The notes under the pieces were generated by a model. It was not told the DNA's origin. It ran no database searches and saw only the letters and a list, made by a program, of their open reading frames with translations. The position numbers were made by a program, and so were the translations under genes. This document shows positions 50,346-59,862 of a stretch of 64,000 nucleotides of DNA, piece after piece. The stretch's first letter is position 1. Every line of letters starts with the position of its first letter. Origin of the DNA: an uncultured Hyphomicrobiales bacterium (GTDB lineage: Bacteria > Bacteroidota > Ignavibacteria > Kapaibacteriales > UBA2268); the NCBI GenBank assembly GCA_964581505.1, contig CAZOOR010000004.1, positions 3,610 through 67,609 on the forward strand. Reading direction: 5' to 3'.

Positions 50346-53300
50346 ATGAATAAGAAAGCCAAATATTTAATATTGATATATTTAAGCGTTATCTTGACGC
50401 CTGCACTTTTCGGACAGAAGAGATTGCAAATTCTGGATTATGATTTATCTTCTTACCCGAATGTTAATATATCATACTTTACATTTGATGATGATGATTT
50501 GCCCGATTTTTCATATAAGGTTAATGACTTTGAGGTTTCGGATAACGGTAAAAGTGTTCCCGTGAATCATCAAAACTGCTTAAGCATAAATCCGTCCAAT
50601 TCGGCTACTATACTTCTATCTGTGGATTTATCTATCAAAAACAATGTGATGGGAAACAAAGTTGCAAGAACTCTTGATTTTCTAAAAGAAATCATTGCAA
50701 ATATAAATAAATATAACATCAGAGCCGGGCTTCATAGTTTCAATGCACTTGCATATTTGAATCAAGATTTTACAACAGACCAAAACATATTGAATAACTT
50801 TTTGCAAACTTTACTCTTTTCGAGTGGTTCAATTATTGACACAGGCTTCTTTTCCAATCCATTAGGTTCAATAGCACTGCTGGATAAAACCGAAGACAGT
50901 AAATCAATAATTTATTTTTCATCAACTTTTTCCAAATTTAATGTCGCTGAAGTGATTGCAAAAGCAAAGGCAAGTTCAATAAAGATTTTTCCTGTGTTTT
51001 TGGGCAATGAAATGCCTAAGGCTCTAAAACAATTAGCCGATTCCACAAATGGCTTTGCAATGTTACTGCCGAAAAACGTACAAGATGTAAAAGGACAAGT
51101 ACTCTCATTACTTGCTATGAGCAAAGATTATACCCCCTGTAAATTAGTTTGGAAGAACACTTTGGACTGCTCTTCACTTCATTATGAAACTGTCAAAATT
51201 ACAAGTGCAAATATTCAAGACACAATTTCATTTACAACCGGTGATGAGTTCAAAGCGACAATCGTTAGCACTCCACCCTATCTCCGTTTCAGTTCTGTTA
51301 GGATAGGTACATCAAAAGCGTTACGTCTATCGTTTAAAGCAAAGAACGGTGATTTGACAATAGAAGATTTACTTCTTCATAATCCGCATTTTACAATTGA
51401 TTCCGGCGACATATCATCTCCCGTTCTACTGCGCAGGGACAGCAGCCGTACTGTAAAAATCAAATTTAACCCAACAGATTCGGCAATTGTTTTCGATAGT
51501 TTGGAGATTGTTTCCAATGCATGTTCCGGTTCGACAATACTAATTACCGGAGGTTACCCGAATACGCCCCCTAATGAGCGAACACTTACTCTACTAACCC
51601 CAAAATGCGGAGCAAAATTAATAGTTAATGATACTTCTACCGTCAGATGGACAGGCTTATTGCCTGCCGATGTTATTCAATTGCAATATTCAACAAATAA
51701 TGGAGCCACTTGGGATACTCTGGCAACAGATATAACAGGGCTTTCGTACAGATGGACAGTGCCTAATTTTGAGAGTGATTCCTGCTTAGTGCGTATCATA
51801 CAGTTATGGCCAAATAATATAGGTCGGACTATGGTTCTGCCACATAAAGGAGGTGTGAACTGTGCAAACTTCAATAGAGACGGTTCACTTGTAGTAACAG
51901 CGTGTAATGATAATAAGGATTTGGTTAGAATTTGGAATGCAAATAACGGACAGTTGCTCCATGAATTAAAGGGACATACAAAAGCAATAAACTGGGTAAA
52001 TTTTGACCATAATGATAAGTATATCGTATCTACATCTGATGATGGCTCAATTATTATTTGGGATTCCAAAAAAGCGGTTATTGTACGTACATTAACGGGG
52101 CATAAAAATATTGTACGAGCGGCAAATTTCAGTCCGGACGGCAAGTATTTAATTTCTGCCTCTAAGGACCGCTCAGCATATATTTGGAATGTAGAAACAG
52201 GTGCGAAAATCGGTACATATTCTACAGGCAATGCGTTATGGTATGCTGATTTCAGTCCGGACGGCAAATATTTTGTAATCACAGATGATAATGGCAAAGC
52301 AGTCGTTTATAATTTCCAAACCAAGAAATTATATAAAGTATTCGACTCACATATTGGGGTGATACCCTTTGCTTCATTCAGCCACGATATGACGAAACTT
52401 GCGATAGCGGGCTGGTTCGGCAAGGCTATTGTTTGGGATTTTGCAACAGGTATGGAATTATTTAGGGTAGCACACGATACAAATAAAATTGTTCCTATTA
52501 ATTCCTGTACCTTTGATAATACGGACAAACACTTACTGACAGCAGGCGCCGACACGGTTCCCAGATTGTGGGATTCCAATACCGGCAAACAAATTGCAAC
52601 ATTGCTAAATGAGCATACAAGCTCAGTCCAAATTGCTACATTCAATTTTGATGCTAAGAGAATTTTAACTGCAAGTTGGGACAGCACTGCAAAGGTCTGG
52701 AATCGAGAGCAAATCGGATTGCAGGTAGATACATCTGATTGCATATTTAGTATTCAACGGTTAAAGGTAAATATTGATGATATTCATTTTGCCGATACTC
52801 CGCTTGGTACAATTAACGATTCGGTAGTAACGCCATTTATAACAAATTTGCTTAAATTCCCTATTCAAGTTAAAAAATATAAAATAACCGGAGTAAACGC
52901 CGACGATTTTGAAGTTATTAATAATTTACCCCCACACCTGATAGATTCAATGGGGCATAATTATATTGAGGTGAGGTTTAACCCATCGGCACTCGGACTA
53001 AGGAAAGCAATATTGGAAATCAGTTTACCGGGAAATGTTAAAAAAATTCAATTGTCGGGCAACGGGATAAACGGCTCATTACGACTCTCCTCAAACGTAA
53101 TTGATTTCGGGCTTGTCGATATTGGTGATTTTAAGGATACAACTGTCAGCTTAATCAATAATTCGGGACAACCGGTTAGTATTGACTCTCTTATAAAATT
53201 AGGACCGGATTTCTTCCATTTCAATGTAATAAATGATATTAAACATCACATAATAAAAGCAGGTGAACGCATTGATATATCTCTAAGATTTATGCCGGAA

Positions 53301-54074
53301 TCAATAGGTCGATTGAATTCGCTTGTTAGAATTAGGCATAATGGCATCGGATATCCGATTGATTTATCAATGTTCGGCGAAGGAGTTTTGCCGCGGATAG
53401 ATACTGCAACAATTGTGATTGGAGATGTAAGCGGAAAGCCCGGTGATATTATAAATATTCCGGTTAAAATATCCAATATTTCTTCAAATGGAATTGCACC
53501 TGCAATTACGGGGTTCAATATAACATTAGAATTTAACTCTACATTACTTGCTCCAACAGACAATAAAAATATAAATATTGCTCAGGGTTTAAGGATATTA
53601 CAAATTCAATTGCCTGTTGCGTTTGATAAAGATTCGGTATTGAAGCAATTGCCATTTCGTGTAGGCTTAGGCAACGATACTATTTCAGCATTAAAAATTA
53701 CCGAGCTATCTCTAATAGGCAAAGGAAAGATGGTGCTATTGGGTAAGGACGGAGTTTTCAGACTAACAGGCTACTGTATGCGTGGCGGTAATCGCCTATT
53801 TGAATCGGACGGCAGAATTAGTTTGGGAAATAATGTCCCCAATCCGGTTGTAGATGCAACGAAAATAACTTTTGAAGTAATCGAAAAAGGCAATACGGAA
53901 CTTTATTTAATTGATGTTCTCGGCAATAGGATAAGAACACTTGTGTCCGGAAATATACCTGCCGGAATATATAAATACAAATTAGATGCAAACGAGCTTC
54001 CAAGCGGAAAACTATTCTATATATTACAAACACCTACAAAATTAATTATAAAATCTATGGACGTATTAAAATAA
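50346..54074 (+). CDS. Large secreted WD40 beta-propeller protein with T9SS C-terminal sorting domain
   Basis: 1242 aa; signal peptide; ~7 WD repeats (e.g. LKGHTKAINWVNFDHNDKYIVSTSDDGSIIIWD, LTGHKNIVRAANFSPDGKYLISASKDRSAYIWN) at ~51840-52720; Ig-like middle; last ~80 aa match Por-secretion CTD pattern (LGNNVPNP...LYLIDVLGNRIRTL...AGIYKYKLD). Confidence 0.8.
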   Translation: MNKKAKYLILIYLSVILTPALFGQKRLQILDYDLSSYPNVNISYFTFDDDDLPDFSYKVNDFEVSDNGKSVPVNHQNCLSINPSNSATILLSVDLSIKNNVMGNKVARTLDFLKEIIANINKYNIRAGLHSFNALAYLNQDFTTDQNILNNFLQTLLFSSGSIIDTGFFSNPLGSIALLDKTEDSKSIIYFSSTFSKFNVAEVIAKAKASSIKIFPVFLGNEMPKALKQLADSTNGFAMLLPKNVQDVKGQVLSLLAMSKDYTPCKLVWKNTLDCSSLHYETVKITSANIQDTISFTTGDEFKATIVSTPPYLRFSSVRIGTSKALRLSFKAKNGDLTIEDLLLHNPHFTIDSGDISSPVLLRRDSSRTVKIKFNPTDSAIVFDSLEIVSNACSGSTILITGGYPNTPPNERTLTLLTPKCGAKLIVNDTSTVRWTGLLPADVIQLQYSTNNGATWDTLATDITGLSYRWTVPNFESDSCLVRIIQLWPNNIGRTMVLPHKGGVNCANFNRDGSLVVTACNDNKDLVRIWNANNGQLLHELKGHTKAINWVNFDHNDKYIVSTSDDGSIIIWDSKKAVIVRTLTGHKNIVRAANFSPDGKYLISASKDRSAYIWNVETGAKIGTYSTGNALWYADFSPDGKYFVITDDNGKAVVYNFQTKKLYKVFDSHIGVIPFASFSHDMTKLAIAGWFGKAIVWDFATGMELFRVAHDTNKIVPINSCTFDNTDKHLLTAGADTVPRLWDSNTGKQIATLLNEHTSSVQIATFNFDAKRILTASWDSTAKVWNREQIGLQVDTSDCIFSIQRLKVNIDDIHFADTPLGTINDSVVTPFITNLLKFPIQVKKYKITGVNADDFEVINNLPPHLIDSMGHNYIEVRFNPSALGLRKAILEISLPGNVKKIQLSGNGINGSLRLSSNVIDFGLVDIGDFKDTTVSLINNSGQPVSIDSLIKLGPDFFHFNVINDIKHHIIKAGERIDISLRFMPESIGRLNSLVRIRHNGIGYPIDLSMFGEGVLPRIDTATIVIGDVSGKPGDIINIPVKISNISSNGIAPAITGFNITLEFNSTLLAPTDNKNINIAQGLRILQIQLPVAFDKDSVLKQLPFRVGLGNDTISALKITELSLIGKGKMVLLGKDGVFRLTGYCMRGGNRLFESDGRISLGNNVPNPVVDATKITFEVIEKGNTELYLIDVLGNRIRTLVSGNIPAGIYKYKLDANELPSGKLFYILQTPTKLIIKSMDVLK

Positions 54075-54158
54075 GCTGCAATCATATAATTGATAATTCA
54101 TACTTTTTTATTATCTTTGCAGACTTATTTGGATTTCAAATTATAAGGAGTATATTAA

Positions 54159-54905
54159 ATGAACATTTTAGTATGTGTTTCGCGTGTCCCGGATTCGGCG
54201 GCGAGAATATTGGTCGGAAATGATGGAAAATCCATTGACCCGCAGGGCGTTAAATACGTAGTAAATCCCTACGATGAATTTGCTATCGAAGAAGGATTAA
54301 GATTAAAAGAAAAAAACGGCGGAACTGTAACGGCAATAACCGTTGGACAGGAAACAGCCAAAGAACAGTTGAGAACATCTCTTGCAATGGGAGTTGATAA
54401 GGCTGTTCTTGTAAAAACAGATAAGGAATTCGATTCATTCTTTGTCGCCAATAATATTGCAGAATATGCAAAGCAGAATAATCCCGATATAATTTTCTTG
54501 GGACGTCAGAGTATTGATATGGATTCATTACAGGTTCCTTCAATGTTAGCCGAGCTATTGCAATTACCTTCTGTGTCGGTTGTCTCAAAGATGACATACG
54601 AAGAAGGCAAAGTAATAGCAGAGAGAGATATCGAAGGCGGTAAGGAAGTAGTAGAAGCCGTAATGCCCTGTATAATAAGCGCCCAGAAAGGATTAAATGA
54701 GCCAAGATACCCAAAACTACCGGATATTATGAAAGCTCGCTCGAAACCTATTGAAGAAGTTGATGCAGTTGATTCCGATAATAGAGTTTCCGTTTCGAAA
54801 ATCGAAATTCCGGTAAAGCAAAGAGCAGGCGTAATTCTCGGCGGTGAGGATACGGATGTTGATGAATTGGTAAGATTGCTTCACGAAGACGCAAAAGTCA
54901 TTTAA
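54159..54905 (+). CDS. etfB: Electron transfer flavoprotein beta subunit
   Basis: MNILVCVSRVPD...KYVVNPYDEFAIEEGLRLKE typical EtfB. Confidence 0.9.
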   Translation: MNILVCVSRVPDSAARILVGNDGKSIDPQGVKYVVNPYDEFAIEEGLRLKEKNGGTVTAITVGQETAKEQLRTSLAMGVDKAVLVKTDKEFDSFFVANNIAEYAKQNNPDIIFLGRQSIDMDSLQVPSMLAELLQLPSVSVVSKMTYEEGKVIAERDIEGGKEVVEAVMPCIISAQKGLNEPRYPKLPDIMKARSKPIEEVDAVDSDNRVSVSKIEIPVKQRAGVILGGEDTDVDELVRLLHEDAKVI

Positions 54906-54928
54906 TCAAATTGAAAGGAAAGAAAACA

Positions 54929-55885
54929 ATGAATAAAATATTAGTATATCTCGAAGCAAATAAAGGCGAATTAAAAAGAAGTTCTTATGAAGTAATTACA
55001 GCGGCAAGGAATCTCGGATTGCCAACAGTCGGTTTGTTAATTAATGGGACAGAAGAACAAGCAAACAAAGCGGCGGAATACGGACTGCAGGAGCTTTTAC
55101 TTGCAGATGTTCCCGATTTGTCTAACTTTTCATCAATGGCATACTCCACATTTACGGCAAATGCGGCAAAAGAAAACGGTTGTGATGTAATACTCTTTTC
55201 GGGTAATGCCGCCGGTTTGGAGTTAGCCCCGCGTGTAGCAGTTAAGATGAATGCAGGTTATATATCCGATTGCGTTGCTCTTACAGTTGAAGATAATAAT
55301 ATAACTGCCAAGAAGCCCGTATATGCCGGCAAAGCACAGATAACAACAAAAGTTGAAACCGATACAAAGATTTTCACATTGCGTCCAAATGTATTTACAG
55401 CAAGCAAGGAAGCAACAAGTCTGAATATCACAAAATACTCGCCGGAATTGAATAATGATGATTTGAAAGTAAAAGTGGTTGATGTTGCAAAGAACGAGGG
55501 TAAACTTGATGTACTGGAAGCCGATGTAATTGTATCTGCCGGACGCGGTATAAAAGCACCCGAGAATTATAACATTATTGAGGAATTGGCATCAGTTCTT
55601 GGTGGAGCGGTAGGAGCATCACGTGCAGTAGTTGACGCAGGTTGGCGTCCACACAGCGAGCAGGTAGGACAGACTGGTAAGACCGTCTCTCCCTCACTCT
55701 ATATTGCCGCAGGTATTTCAGGCGCTGTTCAGCATCTTGCGGGTATGTCCACATCGAAAATAATAGTTGCAATCAATAAAGATAAAGATGCACCGATTTT
55801 CAGTGTTTGCGACTATGGATTAGTCGGGGACTTATTTAATATCGTACCGAAATTGAGCGAAAAAATCAAGGCAATCAAAGGCTGA
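54929..55885 (+). CDS. etfA: Electron transfer flavoprotein alpha subunit
   Basis: FAD-binding C-terminal domain (VSAGRGIK..., YIAAGISGAVQHLAGM); ATG at 54929 preceded by AGGAAAG (ORF track begins at upstream TTG 54911). Confidence 0.9.
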   Translation: MNKILVYLEANKGELKRSSYEVITAARNLGLPTVGLLINGTEEQANKAAEYGLQELLLADVPDLSNFSSMAYSTFTANAAKENGCDVILFSGNAAGLELAPRVAVKMNAGYISDCVALTVEDNNITAKKPVYAGKAQITTKVETDTKIFTLRPNVFTASKEATSLNITKYSPELNNDDLKVKVVDVAKNEGKLDVLEADVIVSAGRGIKAPENYNIIEELASVLGGAVGASRAVVDAGWRPHSEQVGQTGKTVSPSLYIAAGISGAVQHLAGMSTSKIIVAINKDKDAPIFSVCDYGLVGDLFNIVPKLSEKIKAIKG

Positions 55886-55902
55886 TAATTGTAATTTAGG
55901 AA

Positions 55903-55934
55903 AGCCGCGTCTTTTTTTGACGTGGCTTTTTTTT
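55903..55934 (+). terminator. Rho-independent terminator after etfBA
   Basis: AGCCGCGTC tttttttg GACGTGGCT TTTTTTT. Confidence 0.7.
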
Positions 55935-55998
55935 GCAATAATAAGTATTTTATGCAGTCATTTATTAAACGATTGTACATAATTAATTAAGTAGAAAA

Positions 55999-56589
55999 AT
56001 GGAAAAAGTACAAGTAGCGGTTCTCGGTCTGACGGCGCATTCTTCATCAAATAATGCTTATGCATTGTATTTGAAAGAAATCGAAGGAAATCGCAAATTT
56101 CCTATTATAATAGGAGCATTTGAGGCACAGGCAATTGCTTTGGAGCTTGAAGGAGTACGCCCTCCGCGCCCGATGACACATGATTTAATCAGAACAATAA
56201 TTGAAAGCTTAAACGCAACACTTGGCGAAATATATATCAATGATTTACAGGACGGAACATTTTATGCCAAATTGATTTTCGAGAATATCGGTTTGGAAAT
56301 TGACGCACGCCCGAGTGATGCCATAGCTATTGCAGTAAGATGCAATACTCCGATATTTGTAAATCAGGATATACTTGACGAAACATCAATTATTGATGCG
56401 TCCGCCGAAGCTGACGAGTTTATGAAGGATAATAGAGATATGGGCTTCCCTGCTCCCGAAAAGAAGACAAAAGCTAAAAATAAAGTAGAAGTTTTACAAG
56501 AGCAATTGGACGAAGCAATCAAAAAAGAGGAATATGAAAAAGCGGCTCAATTACGTGATGAACTAAAAAGAATTTTAGAATCTTCATAA
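55999..56589 (+). CDS. Bifunctional nuclease (BFN/DUF151) domain protein with C-terminal UVR motif
   Basis: N-terminal DUF151-like block (IIGAFEAQAIALELEGVRPPRPMTHDL); C-terminal EYEKAAQLRDELKRI UvrB/C-like helix. Confidence 0.65.
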   Translation: MEKVQVAVLGLTAHSSSNNAYALYLKEIEGNRKFPIIIGAFEAQAIALELEGVRPPRPMTHDLIRTIIESLNATLGEIYINDLQDGTFYAKLIFENIGLEIDARPSDAIAIAVRCNTPIFVNQDILDETSIIDASAEADEFMKDNRDMGFPAPEKKTKAKNKVEVLQEQLDEAIKKEEYEKAAQLRDELKRILESS

Positions 56590-56665
56590 TTTTTCTTAAA
56601 TTTGTGTTCTCTATTAGAACAGCAAACAAAAAAGCTTATCTCGAATAGGCTTTTTTATTGATAGA

Positions 56666-56739
56666 GCCGGAGTAGCTCAGTTGGTTAGAGCATCGGAATC
56701 ATAATCCGAGTGTCGGGGGTTCAAATCCCTCCTCCGGTA
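56666..56739 (+). tRNA. tRNA-Met (anticodon CAT; elongator Met or lysidine-modified Ile2 cannot be distinguished), CCA not encoded
   Basis: acceptor GCCGGAG/CTCCGGT, TAGCTCAGTTGGTTAGAGC D-arm, anticodon stem TCGGA/TCCGA with loop ATCATAA, T-arm GGGGG TTCAAAT CCCTC. Confidence 0.8.
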
Positions 56740-56745
56740 CACAAA

Positions 56746-56776
56746 AGCCCGAATTGAAGTTCGGGCTTTTATATTT
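56746..56776 (+). terminator. Rho-independent terminator after tRNA-Met
   Basis: AGCCCGAA ttgaag TTCGGGCT TTTATATTTT. Confidence 0.7.
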
Positions 56777-56850
56777 TGTACTATTTTTTTTCTTTCCAAT
56801 AATTATATATTTTTGTATTGATTATTCATATTTATAATGAAGGTAATACA

Positions 56851-57630
56851 ATGTTCCGCCCTTTATTTATTATTGCTATTATTATTGTAACATCAAATTT
56901 GTATTCGCAGACTGAATGCAATCTTTCCGAACTTTATCCGAATATTTTTAAAATATCAAAACAGATATACGAAGGAGAGGAATACCTAAACGTATTTGTC
57001 ATAAGCAAATTAGATACGAATACTAAATTCGGGAAGTTTATTAATGAGAATTATTTATATACTGATTATTTATATAAAACATTTTCGGATTATTCAAATT
57101 ATGAAAAATTAAAAGCCATAAATGACAGTAATGAACTAAGGAATGTATTTCTCACCGATTTGCTCCAAGATACTTTGTTCAATGCGATGATGGATAAATT
57201 TCTTGCAAGAATTTGTAACAAACCGGATTTTATTCCTGATACTATTACAATAAATGAATTAATGAATATAGCCGTAAAGTTTTTTTATCTCCCCAAAATA
57301 TCCGAACAAGGTAATTACCATATACAGATTTGCGTAGGTATAAATGGAATAAAGAATACATTAAAGAAAAGAAGACCACAGGTCGAAGCATTTTGTTTTT
57401 CATCAATTTTTACTCATGGGAATAGTGGAGATTTTAATATTCAAAAAGAATTTAGAAGTACCGTTGGAAAATTATATAAACTGAGTTTGGGTAATAATTT
57501 AGAAGAACGGCTTCTACGCGCACAAGGTGCCGTATATATGATGATGAGAGATAATGATGTATTGAAAAATATGCTACTATCCGAATATAAAAAGAATATG
57601 AATTATTTACCATTTGTAATTATAGATTAA
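56851..57630 (+). CDS. Secreted hypothetical protein
   Basis: 260 aa from ATG 56851 (signal peptide MFRPLFIIAIIIVTSNLYSQ); no recognisable motifs. Confidence 0.5.
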   Translation: MFRPLFIIAIIIVTSNLYSQTECNLSELYPNIFKISKQIYEGEEYLNVFVISKLDTNTKFGKFINENYLYTDYLYKTFSDYSNYEKLKAINDSNELRNVFLTDLLQDTLFNAMMDKFLARICNKPDFIPDTITINELMNIAVKFFYLPKISEQGNYHIQICVGINGIKNTLKKRRPQVEAFCFSSIFTHGNSGDFNIQKEFRSTVGKLYKLSLGNNLEERLLRAQGAVYMMMRDNDVLKNMLLSEYKKNMNYLPFVIID

Positions 57631-57810
57631 CATTATCTACCATTCTCTTTGTGCAAAATGCAAAATGTTTTTCCAATTATATTTTACTTTAATATATTAG
57701 GAGAAAAATATTCTAAATAAATTCGGGCATTTAAAATGTAAATACATCGTTCTGCAAATATCATAATTCATTTACCGTCTTATGTCTTTTTATTAAAAAC
57801 AGGGTGCAAA

Positions 57811-58626
57811 ATGGATATTGACTCAATTATGAAAACACTTACACCACTGGTAGTGGAATACGGCTTAAAACTACTTGGTGCTATAGCTTTCTGGTTTGTC
57901 GGTGCATACATTATCAAAATAATAGTGAAACTTATTGGCAAATCACTTGACAAACGTAATACAGATGAATCGCTCAAACTTTTTCTGTTGAATATTACAA
58001 AGAAATTACTCTATGTGGCTTTGGTTATAAGTATTATGACTATGCTCGGAGTGGAAATGACCTCATTTATAGCGATACTCGGAGCATTCGGTTTAGCTGT
58101 CGGAATGGCTCTGAGCGGCACTTTGCAGAATTTTGCGGGCGGTGTGATGATACTTCTTTTCAAACCATTCAAGGTAGGTGATTTGATTGAGGCACAGGGC
58201 TATCTCGGTGTAGTCAATGAAATTCAAATTTTTAACACAATTCTTAAAACGCCCGATAATAAGACAATTATTATACCTAACGGCGGTTTATCCAATGCCT
58301 CAATGGTTAATTATTCCACTGAGGAAATTCGGCGTATAGATTTGTCGCTTGGGATAGGATACGGCGATGATGTCGAGAAAGCACGGCAAATTCTTAATGA
58401 CATTGCCAAATCAGATAGTCGTATTCTTACCGCACCTGCCCCATTCATAGGTTTAACGGAAATGGCTGACAGTTCGGTTAATCTTACTTTCAGAGTTTGG
58501 GCTAAGGGCGCCGATTATTGGGCAGTCTATTTCACTACTAATGAAAAAGTTTATAATGAGTTTAACAAGCAGGGTATCAACATTCCTTTCCCACAGATGG
58601 ATGTTCATTTGTTCAAACAAGATTAA
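57811..58626 (+). CDS. mscS: Small-conductance mechanosensitive channel (MscS family)
   Basis: 3 TM helices then conserved MscS beta-domain (GDLIEAQGYLGVVNEIQIFNTILKTPDNKTIIIPNG). Confidence 0.85.
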   Translation: MDIDSIMKTLTPLVVEYGLKLLGAIAFWFVGAYIIKIIVKLIGKSLDKRNTDESLKLFLLNITKKLLYVALVISIMTMLGVEMTSFIAILGAFGLAVGMALSGTLQNFAGGVMILLFKPFKVGDLIEAQGYLGVVNEIQIFNTILKTPDNKTIIIPNGGLSNASMVNYSTEEIRRIDLSLGIGYGDDVEKARQILNDIAKSDSRILTAPAPFIGLTEMADSSVNLTFRVWAKGADYWAVYFTTNEKVYNEFNKQGINIPFPQMDVHLFKQD

Positions 58627-58648
58627 TCTTTGGTTAGTATTAATTCCA

Positions 58649-58676
58649 AAAGGCGGCTTATGAAGTCGCCTTTTGT
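58649..58676 (+). terminator. Rho-independent terminator after mscS
   Basis: AAAGGCG gcttatgaagt CGCCTTTT. Confidence 0.6.
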
Positions 58677-58726
58677 ATATTTCATTATTGCCGGATAAAT
58701 AGCCAAACACACCCGTGGACAATACA

Positions 58727-58753
58727 AAACCGCACCCTGAAGGATGCGGTTTT
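58727..58753. terminator. Hairpin terminator downstream of cytochrome c gene (minus strand), bidirectional
   Basis: AAACCGCA ccctgaaggaTGCGGTTTT. Confidence 0.55.
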
Positions 58754-58784
58754 AATATTTGATGATATAGTGGCGGTGCTTGGT

Positions 58785-59144
58785 TTATTCTTCTTTTGTT
58801 TCACGGAGTGTCATTAATAATCCTAAGAGAGAAGCAAATTCATCTTCGGTTCCATTGAATTTTATTGGGTGTCTCTTCCCATTCATCTTGGATTTTTTAA
58901 GTAACCAATTTACAAAGAAAGAAGGCTCGTGTTCAGCACCAACGTTTGATAAATCAGGTGCTTTTGATTTCTTGTTTTTTCTTTTAACTTTGAGAATTTT
59001 AACGCTATGACAAGATGTGCATTTTTTGCTTTTCAAAATTTTAATAGGGTCGTCATTGCTTTTTTGTGCATTTACAGTATTTGCAAACGAAGCCATAAAC
59101 AAAGCGGCTATAACAAGTATTCCGATAAAATATTTCTTTTTCAT
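58785..59144 (-). CDS. Small secreted monoheme c-type cytochrome
   Basis: 119 aa; signal peptide; single CxxCH (CTSCHS). Confidence 0.6.
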   Translation of the reverse strand: MKKKYFIGILVIAALFMASFANTVNAQKSNDDPIKILKSKKCTSCHSVKILKVKRKNKKSKAPDLSNVGAEHEPSFFVNWLLKKSKMNGKRHPIKFNGTEDEFASLLGLLMTLRETKEE

Positions 59145-59167
59145 TTTGCAGTCTCCTTATAGTAATT

Positions 59168-59677
59168 CTATGAGTTCAATAGTAATACGATTTTATTTTC
59201 ATCTTTTTTATATTCATAATTATATTCTTTTAACGGTTCTGTTTCTATATTGTTGGGATTAGCAACAATACGACCGGCGCTATCGGTGTTTAGAGAAAAC
59301 ACAGTTTGATGTCTCGGGCAAATAATATTATGTTCCTTATTATTATTAGCAGGTAGTATTTGGTCTTTTTGATGCGTACAATTCGATTGAACGACAATAA
59401 ATTGATGATTCGGCAATACACGAACAATTACAACAATATATTTATTAGTATTTGCAATTTTATGAGCTTTGCACCTAACCACAGTTTCGGGAATAGATAA
59501 TCCAGGGTATTTATTTATATCTATTTCATATTTAATAGGCGAATCATTATGCTTATTCGGAATAGAATCGCAGGCATTCATCAAAGGGGATAAAAGCGGC
59601 AGTGCAAAACCGCTACTTATTAAAATCCCAGTCTTTTTTAGGAAATTTCTTCTTTGCAAATTTTCTTCATTTTTCAT
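59168..59677 (-). CDS. Tat-exported Rieske-type [2Fe-2S] domain protein (low-potential type)
   Basis: twin-arginine motif RRNFLK then hydrophobic stretch; CTH-x17-CPRH = CxH...CxxH ligand pattern without the disulfide Cys pair; ATG at 59677. Confidence 0.6.
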   Translation of the reverse strand: MKNEENLQRRNFLKKTGILISSGFALPLLSPLMNACDSIPNKHNDSPIKYEIDINKYPGLSIPETVVRCKAHKIANTNKYIVVIVRVLPNHQFIVVQSNCTHQKDQILPANNNKEHNIICPRHQTVFSLNTDSAGRIVANPNNIETEPLKEYNYEYKKDENKIVLLLNS

Positions 59678-59862
59678 AAATATTATCAAATTAATTGAGC
59701 AATACTCATTCTTCCATAGAATAGTATAATGAATAACACACAATATATGCCAAAAGTTTCAATGAAAGTAAAAATAGTTTCAATTGATTTATACAAATTC
59801 ATACAATTTTTTTGGAAATATTCAGTTATTATTATGTCAGAAAAACAAATGATTGAACTAAA

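Noticed and set aside
50134-50349. 71-aa Phe-rich ORF in the leader between tRNA-Glu and the WD40 gene
   Set aside because: Low-complexity translation of an AT/T-rich non-coding leader with no RBS context; more likely regulatory DNA.
54283-54714. 143-aa antisense ORF within etfB
   Set aside because: It lies inside a strongly supported etfB on the opposite strand and has no motif.
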